Made by a program: the position numbers and the translations under genes. DNA of 64,000 bases from Amoebophrya sp. A120 (Eukaryota; Protista; Dinoflagellata), in assembly GCA_905178155.1 (NCBI GenBank), contig CAJINV010000002.1:2312998-2376997 (forward strand). Reading direction: 5' to 3'. Under the pieces are notes generated by a model. It worked only from the letters and a program-made list of their open reading frames with translations, ran no database searches and was not told where the DNA came from. Below are positions 26,048 to 37,813 of this stretch, one piece after another (position 1 is the first letter of the stretch; every line of letters starts with the position of its first letter).

Positions 26048-29000
26048 TCACTTCTTCCCCCCTTTGTTCACGCTGCTCATCCTCGGTCCTTTCAAAGAAC
26101 CAGGCACAGCAGCTCCCTCCCCCTTCACTCGTCCTTTCGCACCAGCTCCGCCTGTGCTGATCCTTGCCGGACCATCTTCTTCATCAATAGCGCTCATCAT
26201 TGCCAAAGCACCCATCTTCCCCGCCGCGGGCGTCGCTGCCCGTGCGATTGACGGTCTGTCGCGCGGCTGTCCTGGTTTTTTCTCTACTTCCGGCTGTATC
26301 TTCAGCTCCCCTTGCGATAATTGTTGAAAAGACACCACTTTCTTCGGCGTGGCGGTGGCCGCAGAGGGGCGCGGCTCTGGTCTGAAATTAGTTGGTGCAG
26401 AAGAGACCATGCCAGGGGAAAGCTTATCAAATGTAAAAATGTCTGGGTCTGGAAACTTGTGATGCTGGGTGGCATAGCATGAGGAGGCCACAAGTGCTGG
26501 CTCAGCATGACAAATTTCTGACCTTGTAGGTGTTGCCTATTCTGCATGACAAACTGCGTCTCCGTATGACAGAAAAAAGCGTCTCTTGGGCAATGTGCAT
26601 GACAGATCTAAGAGTCATGCCAGACAAGCATGACAAGCATGCAATCTTCCAGACCCAGACACTTTTGCATTTGATAAAGCTGTCGCTCAAACATTTGTCT
26701 AGCGGCCGTGAAGGAAGCGTTAGGTGGAGATTGGGAACGGGACCGGGCGGGACCTTTCTTGGCTGCTTGAGTTGCAGTTTCCGTTTCCGCGTGGTTCGAA
26801 CTGCTGTTATTTATTCCTGCCTCCACCGGCAACACCGTCGCCCGAGTTGTTTTCCTTTCAGATTTTCGGGCAGCAGCTCCTCCTTCGCTCCTCCTCTCAT
26901 TCTCACTCGACTGCTGGTCATTGGTAGAAGAGCTACCTGATTTATTGTTGCTTTTCGACGCCCTTCCGGATTTCGAGGACTTCCGCATCCTGCTTTCAAT
27001 TTTTGCCTTTGCACTCGCTCTGATGTTCGTCGACTTCCGCCCCGAAGAACTAACGCTTTTGTTCAACTTCTTTGGGTTGTCCCCGTATTTCTGCGCAATC
27101 TCCGCCATTTTGTCTAATTCCGTTTTGTTGTCGAAGACCGTCTCGTTCGCCTGAAAAGTGTCGGCAGCGGTTATGGAGTTTTTGACATCACTTTGCTCTG
27201 GTTGACTCGTCACTATCGCGGTTTGCCTTTCGATCGCGGTTTTTCGTGGCTCCAGCACCGTTTGCCTTTCGGCGGCTGATTGTATTGTGGCAGCACCAGC
27301 GGAAACATCTTTCGTCTCCAACGCGCTGGCCCGCGCCGCGGCGGCTTTCGCTTCACTCTCCCTTTCGATGCGGGTCACGGCTTTCGGGACCATCTGATTC
27401 GTCACGGTGGTTGCGGATGGGAAAAGAACAGTGTCAGGCTTCACCTTCTTCGGCATCGTACCTAGTTTCCCGTGCGCCTGCGTGAATTCGGCGGACGCAC
27501 CGACTTCTCTCGACTTCCTGGCGACATTTACGTCGACCGCCCCCGCTTTGATGGGCTGTTTCAAGCTGTTCAAGTTCGCCCCGTCAACCGCAGAGGATGA
27601 ATCCACGTGGGACAAAACCTCAACTGTGTGCCGTTCTTGTGGTCTAAACTCCGGAAACGTGGCGGAAATGTTTCTCTTGTGGCTACTATGTGTGGAAATC
27701 ACCACTTTTTTCAAAGACTGCTCATCCACAGACGCGACAGACTCATTCCCTTCGGACCTAACACTGCTATCCCTCTGCGCAGCGGATTTCCGGGCACGGG
27801 TCCTGGCGGAATGATGATCTACTCTTGGGTCGTGCTTAGTGTTGTTTTCGGTGGAAGTCGTGCCTGATGTTGCGCGAATAATTTTCGTCGTACTGTCGTG
27901 TCCCTTTTCCCTATCCCTGGAAGTAGAATTTTTCTTCAAATTCTTCTCCGAAGTCAATTCCAAGGTTTTCGATAAGTGATCCAAGCCCTCAAAAAACACC
28001 GTTCGGAAAACGTCCTTTTCCAAATCGAGCGTTTTATTCTTGCTACCCGGTAGAGTCTCAATCTCTTCGTTCTGCAGTAACTTCGCGAGTAGCTGCATGG
28101 CGGACAGGTTTTTCAAATTGTAATCCCCAGACAAATCCAGGAAATTTCCGGATTTGAACTCATGCAATTTCTGGTCAAATTTGTTGAAGTTTTTCGGGTT
28201 GCGACGGATGAGGTAGGCGTCGTCCGGGTCGGAAGGCTTGTTGGGGTCGTCAACATGCTGTCCGGCTTCGTCTGGTTGCCTAACGCTATCTCCCTGTAGT
28301 TGTACTTCGCTCTGGTCAACCACGACAGAAGCCTGACCGACGCTCGCATTCACCCGTTGGAACTGATTTGTAGCTCCCATGCCCGCATCTCCTGCCGCTG
28401 CTCTATTCGGTGGAAACAGCTCATTCGCGATCATTTTCTTGTACATCGGGGAGTTCTGCCAGTCTTCCGGTAGGAATTCATTTTGGTTATTCGTCGGCAT
28501 ATTGTTGTTTAGCATGATTCCTCCCTGTCCTATCACATCCGCGGTCTTCCGCTGCTCCTGCTTCCCGCTTCTGTTGTCGATCATGATCGGCGCTTTCTCC
28601 TCCATGTTTTTGTTCAGGAATAAAGACCAGGGGACGAAGAGCACACGATATTTCTCTTCGTCGAGGTTTTTCAAATCGGAAGCTTTGATTGTCGCGCCAG
28701 CTTTTTCGGAAAGTAGCGCCACCGCCGGGACGACGTCCGGGATGAGTTTGGGACTACTTGGATCATTGTCATCCAGCACGGAGTCCTGCCCTTTCGCGAA
28801 GTATTGAAACTGCTCTTCCTCATCTTTATCCACGACGATCGGGACTAGAGTTGTCGCGCTCATATGTTCATCTGGTACTACCGCTGTTGCAGCTGCGCCG
28901 CCAGCTACTGCACTTCCACCGCGGCCCGTAGTCGCATAGTTCATCAAGCTGCTCCGCGTGAAATCTTGCAACTGCACATTATTACTCCCCGTCTGTACCA

Positions 29001-32000
29001 CTACCTTCCCATGCGTATTTGCGTTGTAGATCCCGAAGCCGAACTGACTACCCAGTTCATACCGCACCTCCTCCAGCCTCTTCGTGAATTCCAACACCGA
29101 CCCGGCCTCGCAAACGCACAACATCCGTAAAGTATCTGGTAGTTCCGTGAAATTCGCCTGCATGGCCCAAAACCCGTGTTCCTCCGCCTCAATGCAGTTG
29201 TGCTCTTGATCATCTATCAATATCGATTCGATCAAATTGTACACCCGAAACTGCTCTTTCTCCTCAATCAGCAGCTTCATGCGCTTCCCTTTATTCATGG
29301 AAAAGGGGAAGGAATCTCCACCGCAAATTTGGTCGAAGAGAGAAAGTAAATAGTTCTTCCGCAGAACCTCCGTAACGAATTCCGTGTAATTTCCCGACAG
29401 CAAAACTATCACATACTCCTGCTTCAACACCGCCAAAGACTCTCTGATGTACTGGATCCGGTGGGAATTCCCCAGGTTCGTGACATTTTTCGTCGCCGTC
29501 ATCCCGTGGCCACTCTCGTTGTTCGTCGTGTAATTCGCAAGGCAATTGTCGAAGTCGACACAGAGGAGTTTCGACTTCTGCTTGCTGTATCCACGGAATA
29601 AGCGGTCACCGCTTGTTCCACCGGTTGCAGTCGTATACAGGTTCTTAAAAGACCCGGACTGGGCTAATTCCCTCGTTGTTTGTAAAAATCTCCGTTCATT
29701 CGCCGCGACGTTCTTCCTCAATTCCCGGAGCTCGTGTAAGTGCGATTTGTCCGCCTCGGTTAAATTTAGCAAGTTGTCACTGTCGGTTGTGGACGTAACC
29801 GCGGCCAAGGCGTTGTGACTTGTGAAATCCTGGAGATTATCTGCAGCCAGCAGATTGTTTGCATTCTTCCCTTCCCGCCCAGCGGACTTCTTCCCGATAG
29901 TAGTCGTCCCTCTCGGTGTCGTCATCACGTATTCCCCCTGAATGCTGTACCGGTTGCGTTTTTTCGATTTCTTCGGCTCTAGGCCCTCTTTCAGGTTTAG
30001 CTGCTTTTTAGTTGCTGTCGTACTGTTCCGGGAAAGCGCGATGTTCATCCCAGAAGCGGTTGAAAAGCGTTGATCCTCTCCGGGTAAAGCCAAGTCTGCT
30101 GCAAGGTTGTAGCTATTCCGGTTATTCAGCAAAGCCGCCATGGCTCCCCGCCGGACTTGCTGCTGCTTTTCCTGGAAAACCTGGGTTGGTAACCGCGCGG
30201 GCGCATTTGATCTAGTTGTTCCATCTGCACTGGTACTATCCCTTTGGTATTGCATCGGATTGTAGTCTTTGTCATAGACAGACGCTTTTCTCTTCAACCG
30301 TTCTAATTCCTCCCTTGCGATGATAACCACATCCGCCGGGAGAACCGATGTGTTCGCCGCTTGTCCTCCTGTGACGTTCGCATTCGTCGAAATGGATTTT
30401 TTCGTCCTGCGAGCACGAAGCGGACTAGTGGTTGTTGTGTCCGCACCAGCAAGAACCGCGGACGAGCTACTATCCGCACCAATCGCATTTACATCATTGA
30501 CCGGCGCGCCGGTAAGCTGCTGCTTTTGGTTTTGTTGCTGCTGACTCTTCGTTGCAAAAGAGTTATTTCCAAACACACTCGCTTGCACCTGCTGCCTCAA
30601 CATCCTCGCCCGTTGCTGGTCGGTCATGCCGTTATCCGTTAAGTCTAACGCGTTCAAGGCGATTTGGTTCACTTCTTTCGTCTCTTCCAGTCTTTCCAGC
30701 GTCTCTCGAGAATCGGATAAGCCTGAACTATCGCCGAGACTTGGCTTTCGTTTCTTTTTACTGGCTCTCGGCCGCATCTGTGGCTGGACAAGCGGCTGCT
30801 GGTTGAATTCGCTCTCCGGATCCAGTTTTTCCCGGATCTCGGTCGGTCGCTGGGGTTTGATGCGCTGCAAAGAAGGGGGCTGATCGGCGGTTGATGTCGG
30901 TGTTGCAGCCACTGTACTAGAAGACTTCTTCTTGCGCTGCGCTTTAGATTCTGGTGCTACTTCTTGCCGTCTTTCGTCGGAGCTGGAAATGATTTGTGTC
31001 GTCACATTGCTAGCGGACAACGCGGACTGAGATTTTCTCGACGACCGCCGAACCAGGGAACTCGTGGTGTCGGCGACAATTGATGCAGAAGTCCTATTTC
31101 TTGTCCCTCGATTAGAATCCTCCTCCTTCTGCTCCAAAGTCGACGACTTGCTCTCCGCAGAAGATTGCAACGGTGCGCCACCGAAACCGGTATTGTCGTC
31201 CGCTAGGATGACACCAGGAGCAGCACTTTTCCTTGATTTCCTAGAGGGAGGCTGGAATTGCACTGGAGAACCAGCTTGTAGTTGAGAAGCTCGTCCTGGT
31301 GCTGGCCCCCCGTTCTCCTGCGATATCCGTTTCATGAACTCCTGCTCCACCTGCTGGACATCGGGCGCGAGATGAGCGTTGTCCCAATTATACTCTTCAA
31401 CCGGGCCGTAGTCTCTATCCAAAATCTCGACCTGATTGTAGTCTTTACCCAAAATCTCGATCCCGTTGTCTTCCTGAACATTCTTGCTTGATCGTCCCAT
31501 CTCCATCTGCTTTTCCTTCCGGCTCAATCTTTGACTCAATTCGTTGATCCTTTCCTGGTCCGCGATAGTCAACTGTGAATCTCGAGAGTCAACAGCGGCT
31601 GAATCTCTCGGCAACAGTACAACGGAGGTTGTTGATGCTGTTGGCAGCTCCCTAGTACTTGTTCCACGTGGCATCAGACTTTCCCCGGACGCGCGACTGA
31701 TCAACGCAATCGAGCCCTCGGTTTGGGGGATGAAGTTTGACCCGCGGATGCCGGTTTTGGTTTGCCGGGAGGGGTTGATGGATGGACGTGGACCACGCTT
31801 TAAAGCAGATTTTTTCGACGTTCCGGAGAAGGAGAAATTGCTGTTATCTCCCACATCGGAAGAAATAACGTCATCTACGCTCGTTCTTCGCACCGACGTG
31901 GTTCCGCGGTAGAGGTTGACAGACCCGGTTGCTCTGTTCGTTCCTTGTTGGATCGTATCGTGATTGTCGTCTTCGAAACTAGAGCTGAGGGCGAGCTTGA

Positions 32001-32202
32001 TCGCCTGGTCACGGTCACTGTCCCTGTCGGAAGCATTTGCATTTCCGGCTGATATTATCGCATTGTCGGCCATGCTGTTTGCATTTGCTTCTCCCTCAGG
32101 TTGTCTCATGCTTCTTCCGGATGAAGATGTTGTTGATTTATTAGGCGCTTTGTTCCTCTTCTCCTCCTTCTCCTTCGCCTTGCGCAGCGAGTGGCGGAGC
32201 AT
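26048..32202 (-). CDS. Large (~1,960 aa) mostly low-complexity protein with a central HAD-superfamily hydrolase domain
   Basis: About 29150-29580 encodes LLCVDFDNCL (motif I), IVLLSGN (II), NKGK (III) and ILIDD..HN (IV); one introner near the 3' end. Confidence 0.75.
26425..26676. mobile_element. Introner family A
   Basis: ~30-bp TIR TATCAAATGTAAAAATGTCTGGGTCTGGAA; TSD AAGCT. Confidence 0.93.
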
Positions 32203-33288
32203 GGTCGCTTAGGTGATAAGGACGCGGCTCTGCCAAAAAGAAGGCTTTTTTCAGAATAGGAGAAAGATTTTTTCTGCTGCCACGCACCTGTGCCTTTTCC
32301 TACACACGTGGAACTTATCGCTGAGATGCATTCGTAGCAAAGAACAGGCGAATAAAGCCGATACATTCAAGGGGAACGGGGGATAGGTTTGTCGAATTCA
32401 AAACATTTTCGTTGTCATATGAACACGTGGGGGGGAGGCATGGCATGCTAGTTGGGGTACAAATTTGAAATCATCGGGGCTGTGCTTTTTTGTTGAGAGT
32501 GAAAAAAGTTGATTAATACACGAGGAGTACGAAGGTAAAGTTACGGCCTCGAGAAGTGAATTTCAGTATCAGTACTCTATTCGAATACATTCTTGTACGA
32601 AGCCACAGTGGCCTATGTTGGTAAGTATGAACGAAATTAATGATCCGACGTGACAGTGAGGACGACTACGACGTACCGACAGGAGCACGATGGTTGGACA
32701 TCAAGCACGAACCGACAAGTCATCTTCCAAGCTGTACTTGCAATGAAAGGAACGGCAGACCGAAATCTTTACTTGGAGCCCTAGTACCATCACAGACAGT
32801 AGTAGAGGCACGAAAACCGAGACGTTTCTTTTAGCAGAAAAAGATATCCTTCAGAAAATCTGCTGCGCGAACGATGCACAGTCGCACCGGCTGGTGGACA
32901 ACTGGAGGTGTTCTTAATCTCTGCTCGGATGGATAGGGTAGCGCTTTATTTCGGAGGTTGTCAATGTGAATTCAACGAATCATGCTGGGTAAAAATTTGT
33001 TGAAATCTTCTTCGTCGCAAATTCGTAGGTAGAAGTACTCATCGAGATATTCGAGTTGTCCACCTTTTCATCGCCTAGCCACGAAGCAGCAACCAACACA
33101 TCAAACTCCGACGGCTCAGAATCTAACGTGCAGCTTCAGATAAGCATGAGTAGCTTCCCGTTTAAAAAAATCTTCGTTCTCCTCCCTGTTTTGAAAATCC
33201 GCAAGGTTGTTGAAACAAACACCACACGCACTTAATCCTGCTCGTGAATCGCGGTCAAGTGGTCGTCAATTTCCGCCGCGGAGAGCAA

Positions 33289-33496
33289 TATCCAAGAAAA
33301 AAACTGTGTCAATGTAGGTGTCTTGGGGTAACGGCATGACAAATCTGTTCTGCATGACAGACAAAGCCTGTCATGCGCAGCTGGTAAGTGAAAACACAAA
33401 TGAAATAGGACTCAATGGCTGGCTAGCATGACAAGTGTAACAGTGTTGCATGCTTTGCATCACAGACTTCCACTTACACAGTTTTTTTCTTGCATA
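33289..33496. mobile_element. Introner, family D-like
   Basis: TATCCAAGAAAAAAACTGTGT...ACACAGTTTTTTTCTTGCATA; flanks AGCAA/AGCAG. Confidence 0.88.
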
Positions 33497-33566
33497 AGCA
33501 GGCGGAAGGGTTCGTTTTCCGACACCACCCCAACCTCCAAATCCTGGGCCTTCAAATCCTGCGCGA

Positions 33567-33716
33567 TATGCACTGCAAAAGCATCGCACTAGTAAAAATT
33601 GCATTACAAATTAGCCCAGCAATACAAATTAAATTTGTAGTGCTGATTTACCTTGAGAAAGAGATTTGTAATGCATAAATGCAATTACTACGAGTACGAT
33701 ACCTTTGCACAGGATA
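33567..33716. mobile_element. Introner family B
   Basis: Family-B TIR; flanks CGCGA/CGCTA. Confidence 0.88.
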
Positions 33717-33888
33717 CGCTAAGACCTGGCACAAAACGTCCATGCACTTCCTAATCGTCTGCTCCTTCGTCAAAGTCGTTTCGTGCGGGTTTGTACTGGA
33801 CTCGGCGTTCTTCACGACCTTCTCCAAAGCGTTCATGCCCTCCTGATCCTTTGGTCCGGTGGCCAGCGCCTTCCACCCAAAGTAGTGC

Positions 33889-34266
33889 TATGAACTGCAA
33901 AAGTATCGTACTCGTAGTATTGCAATACAAATTGGCTCAGCATGACACATGAAATTTGTCATGCTGATTTAGCTTGAAAGAGAAATTTGTAATGCGTAAC
34001 GCCAACCTCCAAATCCTGGGCCTTCAAATCCTGCGCCAAGATCCTGCATGACCCACGATGCCTGTAGTGCATGACTTAGCATCACAGATTTTTGGAAGAC
34101 TTCCTGATGCCTATTCCGCATGACAAATGCCCTCTCCGCGTAGCACAATCTGGGCTCCTCTTGCTGGTCATGCTGCAATACAGATTTTCATTTTTTTAGA
34201 ATCCAAAGACAGCATGACAAGTTTGGATCCTTCCTGACGCTGACCCAGACATATTTGCAATGCATA
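33889..34266. mobile_element. Chimeric introner (family-B left part + 35-bp exon copy + family-A right part) at the duplication junction
   Basis: Starts TATGAACTGCAAAAGTATCG and ends CCCAGACATATTTGCAATGCATA; 34001-34035 repeats about 33530-33565. Confidence 0.85.
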
Positions 34267-34421
34267 TTATCGTCTTCGAAACTAGAGTTCCTCGCGAGCT
34301 GGTCACTGTCGGAAGCATTCCTCGCGAGCTTGATCGGTTGGTCACTGTCGGAAGCATTTGCTTTGTTATTGTTTCTCTTCTCCTCCTTCTCCTTCGCCTT
34401 GCGCAGCGAGTGGCGAAGCAT
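34267..34421 (-). pseudogene. Truncated duplicate of the HAD-gene 5' end
   Basis: MLRHSLRKAKEKEEKRN...SSFEDDN matches the N-terminus starting at 32202, with deletions and a short internal duplication. Confidence 0.8.
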
Positions 34422-35423
34422 GGTCGCTTAAGTGACAGGACGCTGTCGCGACGATAAGACGCCTTTTTGCTTTTCAGAATAGGAGAAGGACTGCTGCTGC
34501 AGTTACGCGCCGGCAATGCCCTGCGCTACACACGGGTAACTCGTCGCGGATATGCATCGGAAAAGAGTAGGCGGAAGCTGCCCGATACATTTAAGTAAAT
34601 TAGGGGGAGCGGGGGATAGTTTTTTCGAATTCAAAACATGCTCGTAGTCATACGAAAACATGGGGGGATATGGCATGCTAGTTGGGGTACAAATTTTAAC
34701 TGGTCGGGGCTGTTTTTTTCGTTGCATGTGAAAAAAATATGTGGTGGTCAAAGTATTGAAACTTCAGTACATACTCTATTCACCTGCATTCTTGCACGAA
34801 GACCACGCCGCAGCCTATGATGGGCAATGTCCTGAACGAAATCATCCGACGCGAAGGAGAGAACGATATACCGAGGAAGGTGAGGTTGCCGATGCAAGAG
34901 ATTCAAAACATAAAGCACGAACCGAAAAGTCAGCTTCCAAGCTGTCCTTGCAATGGACGGAACGGCACACCGAGATTTGATTTTCACGTCAAGTGCCAAG
35001 ATGATCGAAAGTACAGACACTAAAAATACCGAGCAGACGCTTCTTTTTTTTACCGAAAAAAGGAATCTTTATAGACAAACAGCATGCGCGTGCGTTGCAC
35101 AGTCGCACCGGCTGGTGGACACTTGCTCGCATGGATCATTGGGGAGCGCTTTTCGGAAATCAATGTGAATGTAACAAATGGTGGGTAAAAATTTGTTGAA
35201 ATCTTCCTCGTCGCAAATTCGCAGGTAGTACTATCGAAATATTCAAGTTGTCCTCCTTTTCATCGCCTAGCCACGAAGCAGCAACCAACACATCAAACTC
35301 CGACGGCTCAGAATCTAACGTGCAGCTTCAGATAAGCATGAGTAGCTTCCCGTTTAAAAAAATCTTCGTTCTCCTCCCTGTTTTGAAAATCCGCAAGGTT
35401 GTTGAAACAAACACCACACGCAC

Positions 35424-37813
35424 TTAATCCTGCTCGTGAATCGCGGTCAAGTGGTCGTCAATTTCCGCCGCGGAGAGCAATATCCAAGAAAAAAACTGTG
35501 TCAATGTAGGTGTCTTGGGGTAACGGCATGACAAATCTGTTCTGCATGACAGACAAAGCCTGTCATGCGCAGCTGGTAAGTGAAAACACAAATGAAATAG
35601 GACTCAATGGCTGGCTAGCATGACAAGTGTAACAGTGTTGCATGCTTTGCATCACAGACTTCCACTTACACAGTTTTTTTCTTGCATAAGCAAGCGGAAG
35701 GGGTCGTTTTCCGACACCACCCCAACCTCCAAATCCTGGGCCTTCAAATCCTGCGCGATATGCACTGCAAAAGCATCGTCCTAGTAAAAATTGCATTACA
35801 AATTATCCCAGCAATACAAATTAAATTTGTCATGCTGATTTACCTTGAGAAAGAGATTTGTAATGCATAAATGCAATTTTTACTACGAGTACGATACCTT
35901 TGCACAGGATACGCTAAGACCTGGCACAAAACGTCCATGCACTTCCTAATCGTCTGCTCCTTCGTCAAAGTCGTTTCGTTATGCGTTGCAAATATGTCTG
36001 GGTCTGGAAGGATGGAACTTGTGATGCGTCCTCTGGATCACACAAAAATCTGTCTTGCGTGATCAACATCAAAAGACGCCCTTTTCTGACCACCAGGAGA
36101 GGGAGTTTCTCATGGAGATCAGGCATGATAGAGACCTCGCAGCGTCTGTCATGCTATGGCCTGCATAGCAGACCCCATGGGCAGGGGAAACCTGCATGAC
36201 AAGTTTACATTCTTCCAGACCCACCAGACATATTTGCATTCCATATTCGTGCGGGTTTGTACTGGACTCTGCGTTCTTCACGACCTTCTCCAAAGCGTTC
36301 ATGTATTACGATGAAAAATGCCCCCAACCCGGAATTTGCAGAAGTTTGTCATGCAAAGTTTCCAAATGAAAGTTTTTTATCTTGCATAAAAGGATTGCGA
36401 GCGTTTCTGATGCAGAATCTGGGTGCGCAAGGTGCCTTGCGCATAACAGATCCGGCTGCTGTTGGGCTACTTCGCAACACAAATTTGACCTATTCAGCAT
36501 GGCAAATTTGTGATGCTGAGATATGCAAGACGGGGAATGTTTCTGTTGGAAAGGTTTGCAATACAAATGCTGCCAAGCTGGGGGTGGGGGCATTTTTCAT
36601 TGTAATATCATGCCCTCCTGATCCTTCGGTCCGGTTGCCAACGCCTTCCACCCAAAGTAGTGCCCGGACGGGTCGATCTTCCACCTGATAGTTTCAACGC
36701 GATTTATGCTTGCAATATGAACGTTTGTTTGTTATGCAAGCGTTGCATGAGCAGTCAGGAATAGAGTCAACAATGCTGGATTCTCTATCATGCGAAAATC
36801 AAAGAGAAAATCTAATACAATTGCGGTCCCTTCTCATCATCCACGCCCAACAGGTGAATCACGGTTCCCAACGGCCTCACCCCGGCGTGCTGCGTGAAAA
36901 TCTGGGCTTTCTTCCCAACCTTCGAAGCCAGAAAGTGCACCGGGATCTCGTACCCTATCCTGAGTAAAAACGTCCCCACCCCATAGTTGTCATGCAGCTT
37001 TGCAATCACAGGAAGATCTGTAATGCGCATCCCGATGAGAAGCATTTCCAATCGCGTTTTGGACTTTGTGATGCAGTAAACCGGATGAGCAGATGGCTTT
37101 GTGATGCGGCTGCACCTGCTGAAGTGCACTACAATACAGAGAGGAACTTGTCATGCGTGATTCCCAAAACTTCTCGACCTGTGTTGCGAGATCCCCATCT
37201 TGACTCTGGGGTGGGGACGTTTTTGCCCAGGATATACCCGTTCTGGTCCTTAAATTTCGCTGCGATCTGGCGGGTATCAAATGCAAATATGTCTGGGTCT
37301 GGGAGGATGCAACTTGTCATGCTATCTTTGGACTCTACATAAAACCTGTAATGCATGAACAGCAAAAGAGGTCCAGTTTTTGCCACGCGAAGGCGACATT
37401 TCTCATGCGGTATGAGCATCAGAAAAGTCTCGACGCAGAATGTGTGATGCTCGGGCACGCGTCACAGACTCCATGGGTCATGGAAAATGTGCATGACAAA
37501 CTTGGTCCTTTTCCAGACCCAGACATATTTGCAATGCATAGCGGGCCTGGGTGATAACCACCTTGCAGTCCGGAACGGAACCGATGGCCAAGCAGCCGAT
37601 GTTGGGGGTAATGTTGTACATGTTGGTGATGCAGGAAGGATCGAGCAATTTGTCCGGAACCTTCCGCTGCGCTACCGTGCACACCGTGTCCTTCCCCCGG
37701 AGGCAGATCCCGAGAATACCCTGGTTCTGGATGGATTTCAACGCGTACTCAATCTGATACAACTTCCCCTCCGGGGAGAAAATTGTGATCTGCCGGTCGT
37801 GGTTGCGAGACAT
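35424..37813 (-). CDS. PSMA6: 20S proteasome subunit alpha type-6 (alpha1), 8 exons
   Basis: HDRQITIFSPEGKLYQIEYA, VPDKLLDP, GYEIPV, TQHAGVRPLG, DDEKGPQLWKIDPSGHY and EIDDHL. Six introners plus one GT-AG intron (36685-36818). Confidence 0.95.
35481..35688. mobile_element. Introner, family D-like
   Basis: TSD AGCAA; paralogous to 33289-33496. Confidence 0.9.
35759..35911. mobile_element. Introner family B
   Basis: Paralogous to 33567-33716. Confidence 0.88.
35980..36245. mobile_element. Introner family A
   Basis: TSD TTCGT; empty site in the duplicate at 33780-33784. Confidence 0.95.
36304..36607. mobile_element. Introner family E
   Basis: TATTACGATGAAAAATGCCCCCA...TGGGGGCATTTTTCATTGTAATA; TSD TCATG; empty site at 33833-33837. 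Confidence 0.95.
36956..37234. mobile_element. Introner family C (279 bp)
   Basis: Family-C TIR; TSD TACCC; internal sequence reversed relative to 3156-3434. Confidence 0.92.
37275..37540. mobile_element. Introner family A
   Basis: Family-A TIR; TSD GCGGG. Confidence 0.92.

Larger units (their letters stand above)
33232..33888 (-). pseudogene. Duplicated 3' half of proteasome alpha-6 (5'-truncated)
   Basis: HYFGWKALATGPKDQEGMNALEK...EIDDHLTAIHEQD* with no N-terminal half. Confidence 0.8.
31963..36663. repeat. Tandem segmental duplication (copy 1 about 31963-33888; copy 2 about 34267-36663)
   Basis: The unit comprises the HAD-gene 5' end, the intergenic spacer and the proteasome alpha-6 3' half; the copies are near-identical at offset 2192 over about 33065-33480. 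Confidence 0.92.

Noticed and set aside
26502-26690. Recurrent short peptides such as KCKNVWVWK, FQTQTFLHLI and SCAKVSYS in many ORFs, suggesting a protein family
   Set aside because: These are translations of introner TIRs, not genes.
35980-36245. TA target-site duplication (Tc1/mariner or Stowaway type), because the elements begin and end with TA
   Set aside because: The empty sites at 33780 and 33833 have no TA at the insertion point; the duplicated sequence is the outer 5 bp, so TA belongs to the TIR.
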